A DNA stretch of 36,990 bases from a virus (Duplodnaviria > Caudoviricetes): positions 1 to 36,990 of IMG/VR virus record IMGVR_UViG_3300044976_000008; one strand, 5' to 3'. Below, piece after piece: positions 16,931 to 27,225 of the stretch (position 1 is the first letter of the stretch; each line of letters opens with the position of its first letter). The notes under the pieces were generated by a model that was not told the DNA's origin, did not search any database, and saw only the letters and a program-made list of their open reading frames with translations. Made by a program: the position numbers and the translations under genes.

Positions 16931-18201
16931 GTAGAACTATTTATAGAGCAGGTACAACTACTTGGCAACACCCTACTCAACCAGACATTATTCCTGGCAG
17001 CGTAATTCCAGATCCCCCTCCACCTGGCGACCCAGATGGAATGTGGTTTGGTACAACACTTTTTGGTGCTGCCTACTCCAACTACAAGAAACATCGTATC
17101 GGTAGCGTTCAGAACCGATACAATCAGTGTGAGTACGACACGGCTTATGGTGGAAACCGAGGGAACGCGGTCGTTCGAATCTTCAACTCTGGCCACATTG
17201 GTACTTGGTCTGCAATGATGGGCGAAGCTCGTGGTGGGCAAGCTATTTGTTTCTCGTTCAAAGATGGCGGAAACGTCGATGACTCAACAGAAACCGAGTT
17301 TAAGAACGCATTTAAGGCTTGGATGGACGGTCGTCCTGGCGGTTCTTCAACTTATGTTTGGTTGGCATTTCATCACGAATGGGACAATGACGGTAACATG
17401 ACAAACGGTGCTAACCGTACCGGAGCAATGCTTAATTGGTATACCCGTCAAGGATGGATTCGAGAAGTTCTTAACGAAACTGCCTATAAAGGTAATGCCG
17501 CTAAGAACGGTGGATGGTTGAAGTTTGGTCCTATTGCAACCGGAGTTCCATTTCAGAAAAGCACCTTGCCAACAGATGCTAAAGGATACCGTACCTACAC
17601 CAACGGTGCGCTAGAAGTAACTGGGTTTGCAACAATTAATGATTTATGGGATTACTGGGGCTGTGACAAGTATAACCCAGCATGGGATGGTAACACCCGT
17701 TACATGCCGTGGTCTAACTGGTCAATTCGTATGACCCAACTTCATCAAGAATACAATGTTCCGTTTGTAGTCGGCGAAGCAGGATCTCCTAGAGCAGCCC
17801 AAACGCTTGGTCAGACTTTGGCTCAAAGAAACTCTGAAAGAGCCGCTTGGCTTAATACGCAATGGAGCAACATCAAAGCTGCCGGTTGGTTTGATGCTTG
17901 CATGTATTGGCGAACTCCTGCTAACTCTAACGCAGTAAATGCTTGGTCAACCAACTTGGTTGTTCCTGCCGGTGACTATGATGACTGGCTTACTTCATCT
18001 AACTATGTCTACACAGACCCTGATACTGGTAACCAATATCCATGGAACGCACCAGCTGATGCCAAAACTGCAGGTGGATTTGAAGATCAACCAACATCAG
18101 ACGTAATCGGTGAATACTGCGTTCGCTCTATTACAGATGCTAATGCTCTTGGTATTGGACCTGCGCTTACTTACTACACCGGAAGTGGAGGTTATGGCTG
18201 A
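16927..18201 (+). CDS. Glycoside hydrolase, clan GH-A (GH26-like), probably virion-associated
   Basis: WLAFHHEWD (acid/base Glu), WGCDKYN, PFVVGEAG (nucleophile Glu) and CMYW; Trp/Tyr rich; Pro-rich N-terminal linker. Confidence 0.65.
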   Translation: MSRTIYRAGTTTWQHPTQPDIIPGSVIPDPPPPGDPDGMWFGTTLFGAAYSNYKKHRIGSVQNRYNQCEYDTAYGGNRGNAVVRIFNSGHIGTWSAMMGEARGGQAICFSFKDGGNVDDSTETEFKNAFKAWMDGRPGGSSTYVWLAFHHEWDNDGNMTNGANRTGAMLNWYTRQGWIREVLNETAYKGNAAKNGGWLKFGPIATGVPFQKSTLPTDAKGYRTYTNGALEVTGFATINDLWDYWGCDKYNPAWDGNTRYMPWSNWSIRMTQLHQEYNVPFVVGEAGSPRAAQTLGQTLAQRNSERAAWLNTQWSNIKAAGWFDACMYWRTPANSNAVNAWSTNLVVPAGDYDDWLTSSNYVYTDPDTGNQYPWNAPADAKTAGGFEDQPTSDVIGEYCVRSITDANALGIGPALTYYTGSGGYG

Positions 18202-19808
18202 TGGCTACCGAGTTTTCCATTTCGCTTGATGGTACGGGTACCGATGTCGGAGCCGCACTTCTTGGTGTTGACAGCGAGTCTGGCGTTTGGGATTTTGATA
18301 CTGGCGACAAAGTAGAAGGAACTTCTTCTGCCAAGTCTTTAGTAACTAATAGTACTGCTGCTTTAGTTATTCAACACGGCGCTGATGTTACGACTCGGTA
18401 TTATGATATTTGTTTGAAGTTTGCTACTTTGCCTCCTGCAGAAATTATGATCGCACAACTTCGGCAAACTGGTACGAACAAAGCTCAAGTTATGCTTGGG
18501 CCCACTGGAATTCTGAGAATTCGTAACAACTCAACTGAAGTTGATACCACAGCGGCTGGTGCAATTACTGCTAATCAGTGGTTCAGATTCAAGTGGGGCA
18601 TTACAGGAAGCACTCAGGAACTTCGTCTCTACACCGATCCAACACCAGCCAACTTGTTTGGTGTCACTCAAACTCTAACGCTGAGTGGTCCTTATGGCGG
18701 TGGCGCTTTCAATAATATTCGTTTCGGAGTTCTGACTACAGGTTCAGCCAACATTAGGGTTGACCGTATAATCACAGACACTTCGACCTGGCCTACATCA
18801 GGTGGCGAAGGAAACATTGCGCCAACAGCCAATGCTGGACCAGATCAAGACTCTGTAACTGGTGGAACGGTAGTAACTCTTAACGGTACTGGTTCTTCGG
18901 ACCCAGACGGTACCATTGCTTCTTATTTGTGGACTCAGACAGCAGGCCCAACGGTTACTTTGTCATCCACAACTGCTGCATCACCAACATTTACGGCTCC
19001 TGATACTGCTGGATCGGCTACGTTCTCGTTGCGAGTTACTGACAACGACGGCGCGCAGTCTACAGCAAACACGGTAGTAATTACTTGGTCTGATGCGCCA
19101 ACTGGTGGACCAACATCTGATTTCTTCGAACTCCTTCAAGGTGTTGGTGTTGGTGTAACTCTGACTACACTTAACACCGATTTCGATTTGGTAGACAGTG
19201 GTTGGACATTCGTTGCTCCTCCATCCGGTACAACTGGAATTGGAGCAGCGCAAGTAACTGGTAGTGGTGTAGTTAAGATCGTAACGCACCAACTTGGTGC
19301 AGCAGCTTCTGACGGCTATCTTGACGGACTCTTTGTCATCTCAGATCTATCTCTTGGACCGTTCTATATTTTGCGAGTTCTTTCTGGCTCTACTCTAATT
19401 GCCTCGGTTCGAGTTAACACTACTGGTGGGGTCCAATGTCGTAACGGAACCACCGCTGTTGGTACCGAAACATCAACCAAGGTAGTAGCAAACGAACCGT
19501 TTAGAGTTGCTTGGAGGCCACTTGCTGGCGGAACTCAGGCTGCTCGTCTCTACACCGGAGGAAACCTGTTTGGTAACTCTGGTGCATCTACAACATCAGG
19601 AACGCTTAGCGCGGGTACTTTCGACCGCGTTGGTTGGGGCATTGGTGCGCCAGCAGTCGCTTCGGGAACGTTGAAGCTTGCGATTCCGCAGTACAATGCT
19701 TCAACTTGGCCAGAAGCATTTGGTGGATCTGTGGCTGCGGTTGCTTCTGGTTTCTACCGGATTGACGCAGGTCCAACTTATTCTCCGGCGGCGTTTGATC
19801 TTCTGTAA
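18201..19808 (+). CDS. Lectin-like + PKD/Ig-like + lectin-like virion protein
   Basis: Central NIAPTANAGPDQ..VTLNGTGSSDPDGTIASYLWTQTAG..FSLRVTDNDG is a clear PKD-type domain, flanked by two similar beta-sandwich domains. Confidence 0.75.
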   Translation: MATEFSISLDGTGTDVGAALLGVDSESGVWDFDTGDKVEGTSSAKSLVTNSTAALVIQHGADVTTRYYDICLKFATLPPAEIMIAQLRQTGTNKAQVMLGPTGILRIRNNSTEVDTTAAGAITANQWFRFKWGITGSTQELRLYTDPTPANLFGVTQTLTLSGPYGGGAFNNIRFGVLTTGSANIRVDRIITDTSTWPTSGGEGNIAPTANAGPDQDSVTGGTVVTLNGTGSSDPDGTIASYLWTQTAGPTVTLSSTTAASPTFTAPDTAGSATFSLRVTDNDGAQSTANTVVITWSDAPTGGPTSDFFELLQGVGVGVTLTTLNTDFDLVDSGWTFVAPPSGTTGIGAAQVTGSGVVKIVTHQLGAAASDGYLDGLFVISDLSLGPFYILRVLSGSTLIASVRVNTTGGVQCRNGTTAVGTETSTKVVANEPFRVAWRPLAGGTQAARLYTGGNLFGNSGASTTSGTLSAGTFDRVGWGIGAPAVASGTLKLAIPQYNASTWPEAFGGSVAAVASGFYRIDAGPTYSPAAFDLL

Positions 19809-19840
19809 ACGCTAACTAGTAAAAAAGAAAAGGGGTCTAA

Positions 19841-20809
19841 ATGCCATATCCAGGTAGTACTGTATACCCAGGCCCCTCCACCTCACCAGGAGGAACGTCT
19901 ACTGGTGGATCTGGCGGAACTACCTACCCTGGTAGCACCCTTTATCCGGGTTCTACTACCTATCCAGGTAGCTCTCCAGGCGGTCCGGGAGATCCGGGCG
20001 GTCCTCCAGTCGATAATGAAGGTCGACTCAAGTGGGGAATCATCACGGAACGGCAGATTGAAGCCGGTATTGACCGTGGTGTCCTTTACAAGAACGACAA
20101 TACAGCAACTCCTTGGAACGGTTTGACGGGAGTAGACGAAGGCGGTGGAGAAGACGCCGTTGAGTTCTACATGGACGGTCGTCCTTACCTATATTTTCCG
20201 AAACCCAAGGAATTCAGTGCAACTCTTAGTGCCTACACATACCCAGATGCTTTTTCTGAGCTGATTGGTGAAGTAGAAGTCACTGATGGTATGTACCTTG
20301 ACTCTCAGATTTCGGACTCGTTTGGTTTGAGTTACAGAACCAAAATCATCGATCCGCTCCGGGGGGATAATGGTGATTACAAAATCCATTTGGTATATAA
20401 CGCCACCGTTGTCCCTTCGACTCGAGCATACGGCACCATCAACGACTCAATCAGTCCGGTAGAGTTCCAATGGAACCTTCAGGCAGTTCCGGTTCCGGTT
20501 GCTGGATACCGACCAACTGCTCACATCATCATCGATACAAGGCACATGGATGCCACTAGAATCTCAGACATTGAAGATCGTCTTTACGGTAATGGTTTCA
20601 TTGCCCCACATTTGCCTGAGCCTCAAGCTATATTTGACCTGTTGACCTTCGGTAACTCTATCATCATCACCGACAACGGCGATGGTACCTGGACCGTTGA
20701 AGGTTCCTACGAGAACGTATACATGGTCGATAACGACATCTTCCAAATCGAAAACGTCAACGCAACCCTTGTTACCGACGGCATTTACGAAGTCAGTTCT
20801 ACACCTTAG
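19841..20809 (+). CDS. Major tail protein paralogue (minor tail tube protein)
   Basis: RLKWG..IEAGIDRGVLY..PWNGLTGV..FGLSYRT..YKIHLVYNAT aligns by eye with 14791..15675. N-terminal YPG repeats. Confidence 0.8.
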   Translation: MPYPGSTVYPGPSTSPGGTSTGGSGGTTYPGSTLYPGSTTYPGSSPGGPGDPGGPPVDNEGRLKWGIITERQIEAGIDRGVLYKNDNTATPWNGLTGVDEGGGEDAVEFYMDGRPYLYFPKPKEFSATLSAYTYPDAFSELIGEVEVTDGMYLDSQISDSFGLSYRTKIIDPLRGDNGDYKIHLVYNATVVPSTRAYGTINDSISPVEFQWNLQAVPVPVAGYRPTAHIIIDTRHMDATRISDIEDRLYGNGFIAPHLPEPQAIFDLLTFGNSIIITDNGDGTWTVEGSYENVYMVDNDIFQIENVNATLVTDGIYEVSSTP

Positions 20810-20821
20810 AGAGGAGCAACG

Positions 20822-21595
20822 ATGGCCACTATTCAAAGCATTACAGCCGCGAGGGCTCAAGAAATCGAAGATGCTTCCGTTGTTTCTGGATACGTTAACG
20901 GAAGTGGACATCTTATCCTCACGACCGCTGGTGGGACAACTTACGATGCCGGGGTTGTTGTAGATTCATCTGGTGTCATTACTCACGCTGCTCTCATTAC
21001 AGGAGTTCATGGCGTAGGTTCCGGAGAGATTGTTGGCACAACTCTGTCTCAGGTTTTGTCTAACAAAACTCTGGTCAACCCAACGATTGGTTCGTTTGTA
21101 AACGCTGATCACAATCACAGTGACGCTGCGAACGGTGGAGACATCGTTGTTTTCTCCGGAGTCAAGGCAATTCGCACGGTTTCTCAACTTATTGCTGATT
21201 CTGCGTTTGAGCTTGTCGCTTTTTCAGGAACAAGCGCTTATGACACAGACTCTTTCAAAACCAACTCGACCACTTATACAATCCCAGCCGGTGGAAGTGG
21301 TTATTACGATATTCTTGCGCAGGTACCTTGGGAAGCTAGTGCTAACAACAGACGATCTATTGACATTAGACTTAACGATTCGTCGACAAACTCTACAGCA
21401 GGAACTAGTATCGGAAAGACGGTATTGAGCCCAGGTCATAACGCAACTTGCCCAATTCAGGTTAGTGCAAAAGCGTATTTGTCTGCAGGAGACTATATCA
21501 AAGTTGGCGTCTGGCAAAACTCTGGTGGCGGACTTAATATTCTTGGTACTGGTTCAGATTACTCAACATTCCTAGCTATCAATCGTATGCCCTAG
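20822..21595 (+). CDS. Minor tail protein with C1q/TNF-like C-terminal domain
   Basis: GAGGAG RBS. AYDTDSF..YTIPAGGSGYYDILAQV..YLSAGDYIKVGVWQNSGG pattern. Confidence 0.6.
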   Translation: MATIQSITAARAQEIEDASVVSGYVNGSGHLILTTAGGTTYDAGVVVDSSGVITHAALITGVHGVGSGEIVGTTLSQVLSNKTLVNPTIGSFVNADHNHSDAANGGDIVVFSGVKAIRTVSQLIADSAFELVAFSGTSAYDTDSFKTNSTTYTIPAGGSGYYDILAQVPWEASANNRRSIDIRLNDSSTNSTAGTSIGKTVLSPGHNATCPIQVSAKAYLSAGDYIKVGVWQNSGGGLNILGTGSDYSTFLAINRMP

Positions 21596-21613
21596 CTATA
21601 TTTAGGAGACTCT

Positions 21614-22000
21614 ATGGCCAGTAGCATTGGGTTTTCCTCTAGCGGTTCTACTGCAAAGACTCAGGCATTTTTGAAGAAGATGCAGTCTGGAGACATGCTT
21701 ACTGGCCTTGAATCTCTTGCTCAGCAGGGAGTAAACGCCCTTGCCGGAATGACTCCCACGGATACTGGTCTCACAGCTGCTTCTTGGACCTATGAGATCG
21801 AGAAAGTGGGCAGTTCCGTAAAGATTTCATGGTCGAACTACAACCGTGAAAACGGCGCGCTCGTTGCCATTCTGCTTCAATACGGTCACGGCACCGGCAC
21901 TGGTGGTTATGTGTCTGGACAAGACTACATCAACCCCGCTATTAAACCTATATTTGACCAGATCGCTGAAGAGGTATGGAGGAGGGTGACTCTCGCATGA
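21614..22000 (+). CDS. Tail completion / neck protein (HK97 gp10-like)
   Basis: Motifs TPTDTGLTAASW, LQYGHGT and DYINPAI; immediately before the tape measure gene. Confidence 0.65.
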   Translation: MASSIGFSSSGSTAKTQAFLKKMQSGDMLTGLESLAQQGVNALAGMTPTDTGLTAASWTYEIEKVGSSVKISWSNYNRENGALVAILLQYGHGTGTGGYVSGQDYINPAIKPIFDQIAEEVWRRVTLA

Positions 22001-25000
22001 GCAGTGTTGATGATCGCATCGTCAATATGCAGTTCAACAACAGCCAATTTCAAACGGGAGCTGCTGACTCCACTAAGTCTCTCCAGACGCTCGAGACGAC
22101 TATTGCCGGTATGGGTAAGAGCACCAGTGGCCTTGACCAGATGGGTTCCAGTGTGGATGGAATCCGTGCGAAGTTTTCTGCGCTTCAGGTTGCTGGTGTT
22201 ACTGCGATTGCAACGATCGTCAACAAGGCTGTTGAAGCTGGTTTGACCCTGCTTAAGAGTATGACTTTGGACCCGCTACTTCAGGGCTTCCAGGAGTATG
22301 AAACTAACCTTAACTCCATCCAGACTATTATGGCTAACACTGGTGTTGAAATCAAGGTGGTCAACAAGTATCTGGACGAGTTGAACGAGTACTCTGACCG
22401 GACTATCTACAACTTCAGTCAGATGGCACAGAACATTGGTCGATTTACTGCGGCTGGTGTAGAGCTACGTACGGCTACTGACGCCATCAAGGGTCTGGCT
22501 AATACGGCTGCTTTGTCTGGCTCGAACGTTGACCAGCTCAACACGGCCATGTACCAGATGAGCCAGGCTTTGTCGACTGGTACAATTCGTCTGATGGACT
22601 GGAACTCGTTGGCTAACGCTGGTATGGGTGGCGAAAACATCCGTAACGCTCTGATGGCTACCAACAGAACGTTGGCAGATAACGGTGCAGCTATGGATGC
22701 GGCATTAGAATCTGCGGGTAACTTCCGTGACTCGCTGCAGTACGGATGGTTGAGTGCCGAGACCTTCACTAAGACTATGAAGGTGATGGCTGGCACAACT
22801 AACGACGCCGGAGAAACGGTTGCGTTTACTACCGAGCAGCTCAAGAAGATGGGCTACTCAACTGACGCAGCCAAAGAACTCAACCGGTTGTCACAAGCAT
22901 CCATTGACGCAGCAACTAAGGTCAAGACATTTAGTCAATTGATCGATGTTGTCAAAGAGTCGATTGGTTCGGGTTGGGCTCAGGTCTTTGAGAACCTGTT
23001 TGGTAACTTCAACCAGGCAAGTAAGCTCTGGACTGGTGTCAGCGAAACAATTACCGGCTTTGTCAAGAACATATTTGACAGCGTCAACAACGTTTTGGAA
23101 AGCTGGCGCAAGCTGGGTGGCTATCAGGACCTCTGGGATGGTTTTGGTAACATCTTCGAAGCCCTTGGTAATCTTCTTCAACCGTTTGTCACCGCTTTCC
23201 AGTCGCTTACACCTAGCGCTGAAGATGCAGGCTCAACGATGTTCAAGGTCACCGACGCCTTTGAGACCTTCACAGGCTGGTTGGTGACTATCACCGATAC
23301 TCTGAACATTCTTACACCGATTATTACAGCAGTCTTCTCGGTGTTCAAGTTCATTGGCTCTGTCGTAGTCCAAGTTGCTCAAGGTTTGGCTCCGGTGGTC
23401 GACCTGATTAAGGAACTTGCCGGTGGTATGAGCGATCTGGCTGCTCAGGGCTCCGAGATCGGTGGAAACATTGTTTCTGGGCTTCTTGAAGGCCTTGATG
23501 TGTCAGCAATTAAGACGGCAGTAGAAAACTTTGCTACGTCGATTGTTGACTGGATTAAGAATGCGCTCGGTATCGCGTCTCCGGCAGCAGAACTTGTGCC
23601 GGTTGGTACCGCCATCGTGCAGGGAGTTGCACAGGGCATTTCCGAAGGAATTCGGCTTCTTGCAGGAGTTCTGTCAACCCTGATCGATACTATCATCGAC
23701 GTTTTGCCAGGGCTCGCGGTCAAGCTCGCAACAGTGGTTGTCGTCTTGGTTCAGGCTATTGGACAAGTTCTCCCGCAGTTGAAGGACGCTGTCATCAGCA
23801 TTATTGACACGCTTCTCGACACGATCAACGAGGCCGTTCCGCTGCTAAAAGACGCGATCAATAACTTGTTGGGTGCCATTGAGGATATTCTGGTAACCAA
23901 CATCCCACGAATTGCCAACGTAATTACGACGCTTCTGGTCACAGTTCTTGCGATGATTGGTACAATCGTTCCGCAACTAATTACCGTTGGTCTAGAGATA
24001 ATTCTAGCAATTGCTCAGGGGTTGGCAGAGAACATTCCGCTGCTGGTCAGCTATGGCGTGAAGATTGTTAGCGCGCTGGCGGCAGGCATCATCGATGCTC
24101 TTGGTAACGTGATTTCGTCTATTACCGACAACTTCAGTGTTGGTATCAGCGATGGTTTTGATAACATCGACTGGGCAGTACTGCTCAACGCTGCTCTTAC
24201 CGGTGGTTTGATTGCGGTTCTGATCAAGCTAGCTAAGTCTATTGCTGGTTTCGTAGACAACGTCACTGGACCGTTTGCTCAGCTTACGGACACACTTAAG
24301 CAGATGCAACAGACGTTGAAGGCGCAAGCATTGATGGCAATTGCTATTGCTATTGGTGTGCTTACTGCTTCGCTGGTTGCTTTGAGCTTGTTGGATCTTA
24401 AGCAACTCGGACAAGGGCTTGGAGCCATTGCTGGTTTAATGGCTTTGATGCTTGGTTCATTCAAGATTCTCAACAAGATTGATCCTAAGCAGCTAACTGA
24501 GATTAGCTTGGCGTTCATTGCTATTAGTACATCTATTCTTATTCTAGCTACAGCGATTGCTATTCTAGGTAATCTAGACCTGGATACGCTGGGTAAGGGT
24601 ATTGGTGCCATAGCAATCTCGCTTGCTATATTGGTCACAACGCTTAAGAAGATGACCGGTCTTGGTGCAGGACTTCCAGCGGCTGCAGCCGCGCTTGTGT
24701 TGATGGCCACAGCAATGCTTATATTGTCTGCTGCTATTGCAGCGCTAGGCAACCTGAGCCTCATCGACCTAGCACAAGGTGTTGGTGCGATGGCTCTTGC
24801 GTTGAATTTGATGGTTGGGGCTCTACGCGGCCTAGCTGTGGTTTCTGCTGGAGCTGTGTCAGCTGGAGCCGGCCTTCTTCTTGTGGGTGCAGCTTTGTTT
24901 GTCATGGCCCAAGCCATTCGAGTGCTTGGTGAGATGAACATCTGGGATTTGGCGCAAGGCTTTGGTGTTGTAGCTGCCGGCCTTGGACTTATGGTAGCCG

Positions 25001-27192
25001 CTTTGATTGCTTTGGCTGCCGTTGGACCTACAAGCATGGTTGCTGCTGGTTCGTTGGCAGCTACTGCCGGCGCTTTGTTCATCATGGCTGCAGCTATTCA
25101 GACTGTAGGCAACATGTCTTTGGCAGACATTGCTAAGGGCATCTTGGGCTTGGCTTCTGCAATTGCATTGTTGTTCATTGCTGCCGCACTTATTGTACCA
25201 CCGTCCCCAATTGGAGTCGGTCTGGCTATTCTTGGCGGCACGTTCTTGGCAATTGGTGCAGGCGCAGCGCTATTGGGTGTTGGTCTATTGGCCGCAGCTT
25301 CAGCTTTTGCTATATTTGCCACAGTTGGCTCGGCGGCTATTGGTGTTATGGTGGCTGGTTTTACAGCCTTCATGGCATTGCTTCCAGCATTCGGTGTCCA
25401 GATTGCAGCTGCCGTAGTGACGTTTATTCAGACGATTGCTGCTGCTGCTCCCAAGTTGCGTGAAGCATTTGGGACAATCCTTACCGAGATGCTTGGTACT
25501 GTTAGAGATGCCATTCCAGAGTTTCGCAAGACGGCAGTTGTCCTTATTACTAACTTCCTTAAGGCTGTTCGACAAACTGCACCTGATTTCGGGAAAACCA
25601 TTGAAGTTATGATTCGAACCGGTCTTCGAGTTATTAGAGATCTTGTTCCAGCATATGTTAACACTGGAATGGCCGTTATTCTTGGTTTCCTTGAGGGCAT
25701 TGGTCGAAGGATCGATGAAGTAATTGATGCTGGTGCTAGAATTATCGTCAAGTTAATTCGTGGCATTGGCGATGCTCATGAGGACATTGTTAAAGCTGCT
25801 GGTAGAGCTCTTAAGAAATTCCTTATTGGAATTGATCAATGGTTGGATGAGAATGAAGACGACCTTATTACGGTAGGTAGAAGTATTGCCGGCCACATTG
25901 TCGAAGGTCTTACTCTTGGTCTAATCAGCCCAGAAGCACTAAGTGCTATTGGCGACGCTGCTGGCGCATTAGTTGATGCAATTAAAGATCGATTTACTGG
26001 ACCATTGGGCTTCTTGATGAATTCTCCATCAAAACTCACATTTAAGTGGGGGCAATGGATTGTTGATGGCCTTGCTAACGGTGTCGATGCAAGTATTGGT
26101 CGAGCCGTTGGTGCTACTATCCGGTTAGCTAATGCTGCAATCTCGGCAGGTAACGAAGTTATTGAGAAATTCCAAAGGAAGGCATCGAAAGAGCAAATTG
26201 CTGCTGAGAATGCTGCTGCCAGAGCTAGACTTGCTGAGAAGCAAGCTAAAACGGCAGAAAAGGCAGCTAGTAAACAGCCTAAGAACAAAGCTCTTGAAGA
26301 GGCTGCTAAAGATGCACGTAAACGAGCTAATAAGCTATCTAAAGATGCTGATAAAGCTCAAAAGGCCGCGGACGCTGCTTCTCAGAAGGTTGTCAAGACA
26401 CAAGAATTCCTTGATGCTGACAATGTTGGTAAGGGAGACATCCTTACCGCAAAAGCAAAGAACCTTTCTGACAGAGCTATCCGGGCACTTGCTGAAGCTA
26501 ATGCGGCTGCTGCTGCAGCTAAGAAAGCAACTGGCAAAGAGAAGGACAAGCTCAAAGAAGAAGCAGAGAAAGCAGCTAAGCTGGCAAATCGCTTGTCTAA
26601 GGCCTCAAGAAGGGCCGATGAGCGAGCTCAGAAGTTCTATCGTGCAAGTATCGAAGATCGCATTGATGCAATCGAAGCAGAGAAACAAGCACGGCTTGAT
26701 CAAGAAGCATTCGACGCTTCTACCGATCAGCAAAAGATGGAAATCCTGGCTTCACGAGCAGAAGACGCTCAGAAATTGGCGAAAGCCAAGCAGGATAAGT
26801 CTGACGCTTTAGTCAAGCAGGCAGCGATAGTCGCAAAGAAAGATGCGCGACGAGCTCAACGCATGCTTGATAAGGCGGAAGCTCTATCTGCAGAAGCACA
26901 AGATGCTGCGGATCAAGCAGATCAAGCCTTGCAAGACATTGACAGTATTAAAGGAAATACGAATAGCAGCGGTGGTATTGGTACCGGCACTGACTTCCAG
27001 TTGTCTACCAGTGCTTTGGAGGACGCTGCTTCTGCTATTGACAGATACACCATGTCACTGCAACAGGCTGAGGAAGCAGCACAGTCTGCAACCCCAGTAC
27101 AACAGTTTGTTCAGAACAACTACTCGCCGGAAGCACTTGATCCGACGACAGTCTATCGACAAACCAAGAACCTGTTGTCTGCTTCAAATTAA
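21997..27192 (+). CDS. Tape measure protein
   Basis: ATG 21997 after GGAGGAGG. About 1730 aa, with an N-terminal tape-measure domain (YSDRTIYNFSQM..MYQMSQALSTG..DWNSL), amphipathic repeats, a long hydrophobic core and a Lys/Ala-rich C-terminal region. Confidence 0.93.
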   Translation: MSSVDDRIVNMQFNNSQFQTGAADSTKSLQTLETTIAGMGKSTSGLDQMGSSVDGIRAKFSALQVAGVTAIATIVNKAVEAGLTLLKSMTLDPLLQGFQEYETNLNSIQTIMANTGVEIKVVNKYLDELNEYSDRTIYNFSQMAQNIGRFTAAGVELRTATDAIKGLANTAALSGSNVDQLNTAMYQMSQALSTGTIRLMDWNSLANAGMGGENIRNALMATNRTLADNGAAMDAALESAGNFRDSLQYGWLSAETFTKTMKVMAGTTNDAGETVAFTTEQLKKMGYSTDAAKELNRLSQASIDAATKVKTFSQLIDVVKESIGSGWAQVFENLFGNFNQASKLWTGVSETITGFVKNIFDSVNNVLESWRKLGGYQDLWDGFGNIFEALGNLLQPFVTAFQSLTPSAEDAGSTMFKVTDAFETFTGWLVTITDTLNILTPIITAVFSVFKFIGSVVVQVAQGLAPVVDLIKELAGGMSDLAAQGSEIGGNIVSGLLEGLDVSAIKTAVENFATSIVDWIKNALGIASPAAELVPVGTAIVQGVAQGISEGIRLLAGVLSTLIDTIIDVLPGLAVKLATVVVVLVQAIGQVLPQLKDAVISIIDTLLDTINEAVPLLKDAINNLLGAIEDILVTNIPRIANVITTLLVTVLAMIGTIVPQLITVGLEIILAIAQGLAENIPLLVSYGVKIVSALAAGIIDALGNVISSITDNFSVGISDGFDNIDWAVLLNAALTGGLIAVLIKLAKSIAGFVDNVTGPFAQLTDTLKQMQQTLKAQALMAIAIAIGVLTASLVALSLLDLKQLGQGLGAIAGLMALMLGSFKILNKIDPKQLTEISLAFIAISTSILILATAIAILGNLDLDTLGKGIGAIAISLAILVTTLKKMTGLGAGLPAAAAALVLMATAMLILSAAIAALGNLSLIDLAQGVGAMALALNLMVGALRGLAVVSAGAVSAGAGLLLVGAALFVMAQAIRVLGEMNIWDLAQGFGVVAAGLGLMVAALIALAAVGPTSMVAAGSLAATAGALFIMAAAIQTVGNMSLADIAKGILGLASAIALLFIAAALIVPPSPIGVGLAILGGTFLAIGAGAALLGVGLLAAASAFAIFATVGSAAIGVMVAGFTAFMALLPAFGVQIAAAVVTFIQTIAAAAPKLREAFGTILTEMLGTVRDAIPEFRKTAVVLITNFLKAVRQTAPDFGKTIEVMIRTGLRVIRDLVPAYVNTGMAVILGFLEGIGRRIDEVIDAGARIIVKLIRGIGDAHEDIVKAAGRALKKFLIGIDQWLDENEDDLITVGRSIAGHIVEGLTLGLISPEALSAIGDAAGALVDAIKDRFTGPLGFLMNSPSKLTFKWGQWIVDGLANGVDASIGRAVGATIRLANAAISAGNEVIEKFQRKASKEQIAAENAAARARLAEKQAKTAEKAASKQPKNKALEEAAKDARKRANKLSKDADKAQKAADAASQKVVKTQEFLDADNVGKGDILTAKAKNLSDRAIRALAEANAAAAAAKKATGKEKDKLKEEAEKAAKLANRLSKASRRADERAQKFYRASIEDRIDAIEAEKQARLDQEAFDASTDQQKMEILASRAEDAQKLAKAKQDKSDALVKQAAIVAKKDARRAQRMLDKAEALSAEAQDAADQADQALQDIDSIKGNTNSSGGIGTGTDFQLSTSALEDAASAIDRYTMSLQQAEEAAQSATPVQQFVQNNYSPEALDPTTVYRQTKNLLSASN

Positions 27193-27225
27193 ATCAAAAT
27201 GGGAGTAAATAGAGAGGAGACGCCC

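Noticed and set aside
26132-27208. Alternate-frame + strand ORFs inside the tape measure gene (226 aa and 121 aa)
   Set aside because: They are Leu/Arg/Lys-rich by-products of GCT/AAG-rich codons, with no RBS or evident slippery site.
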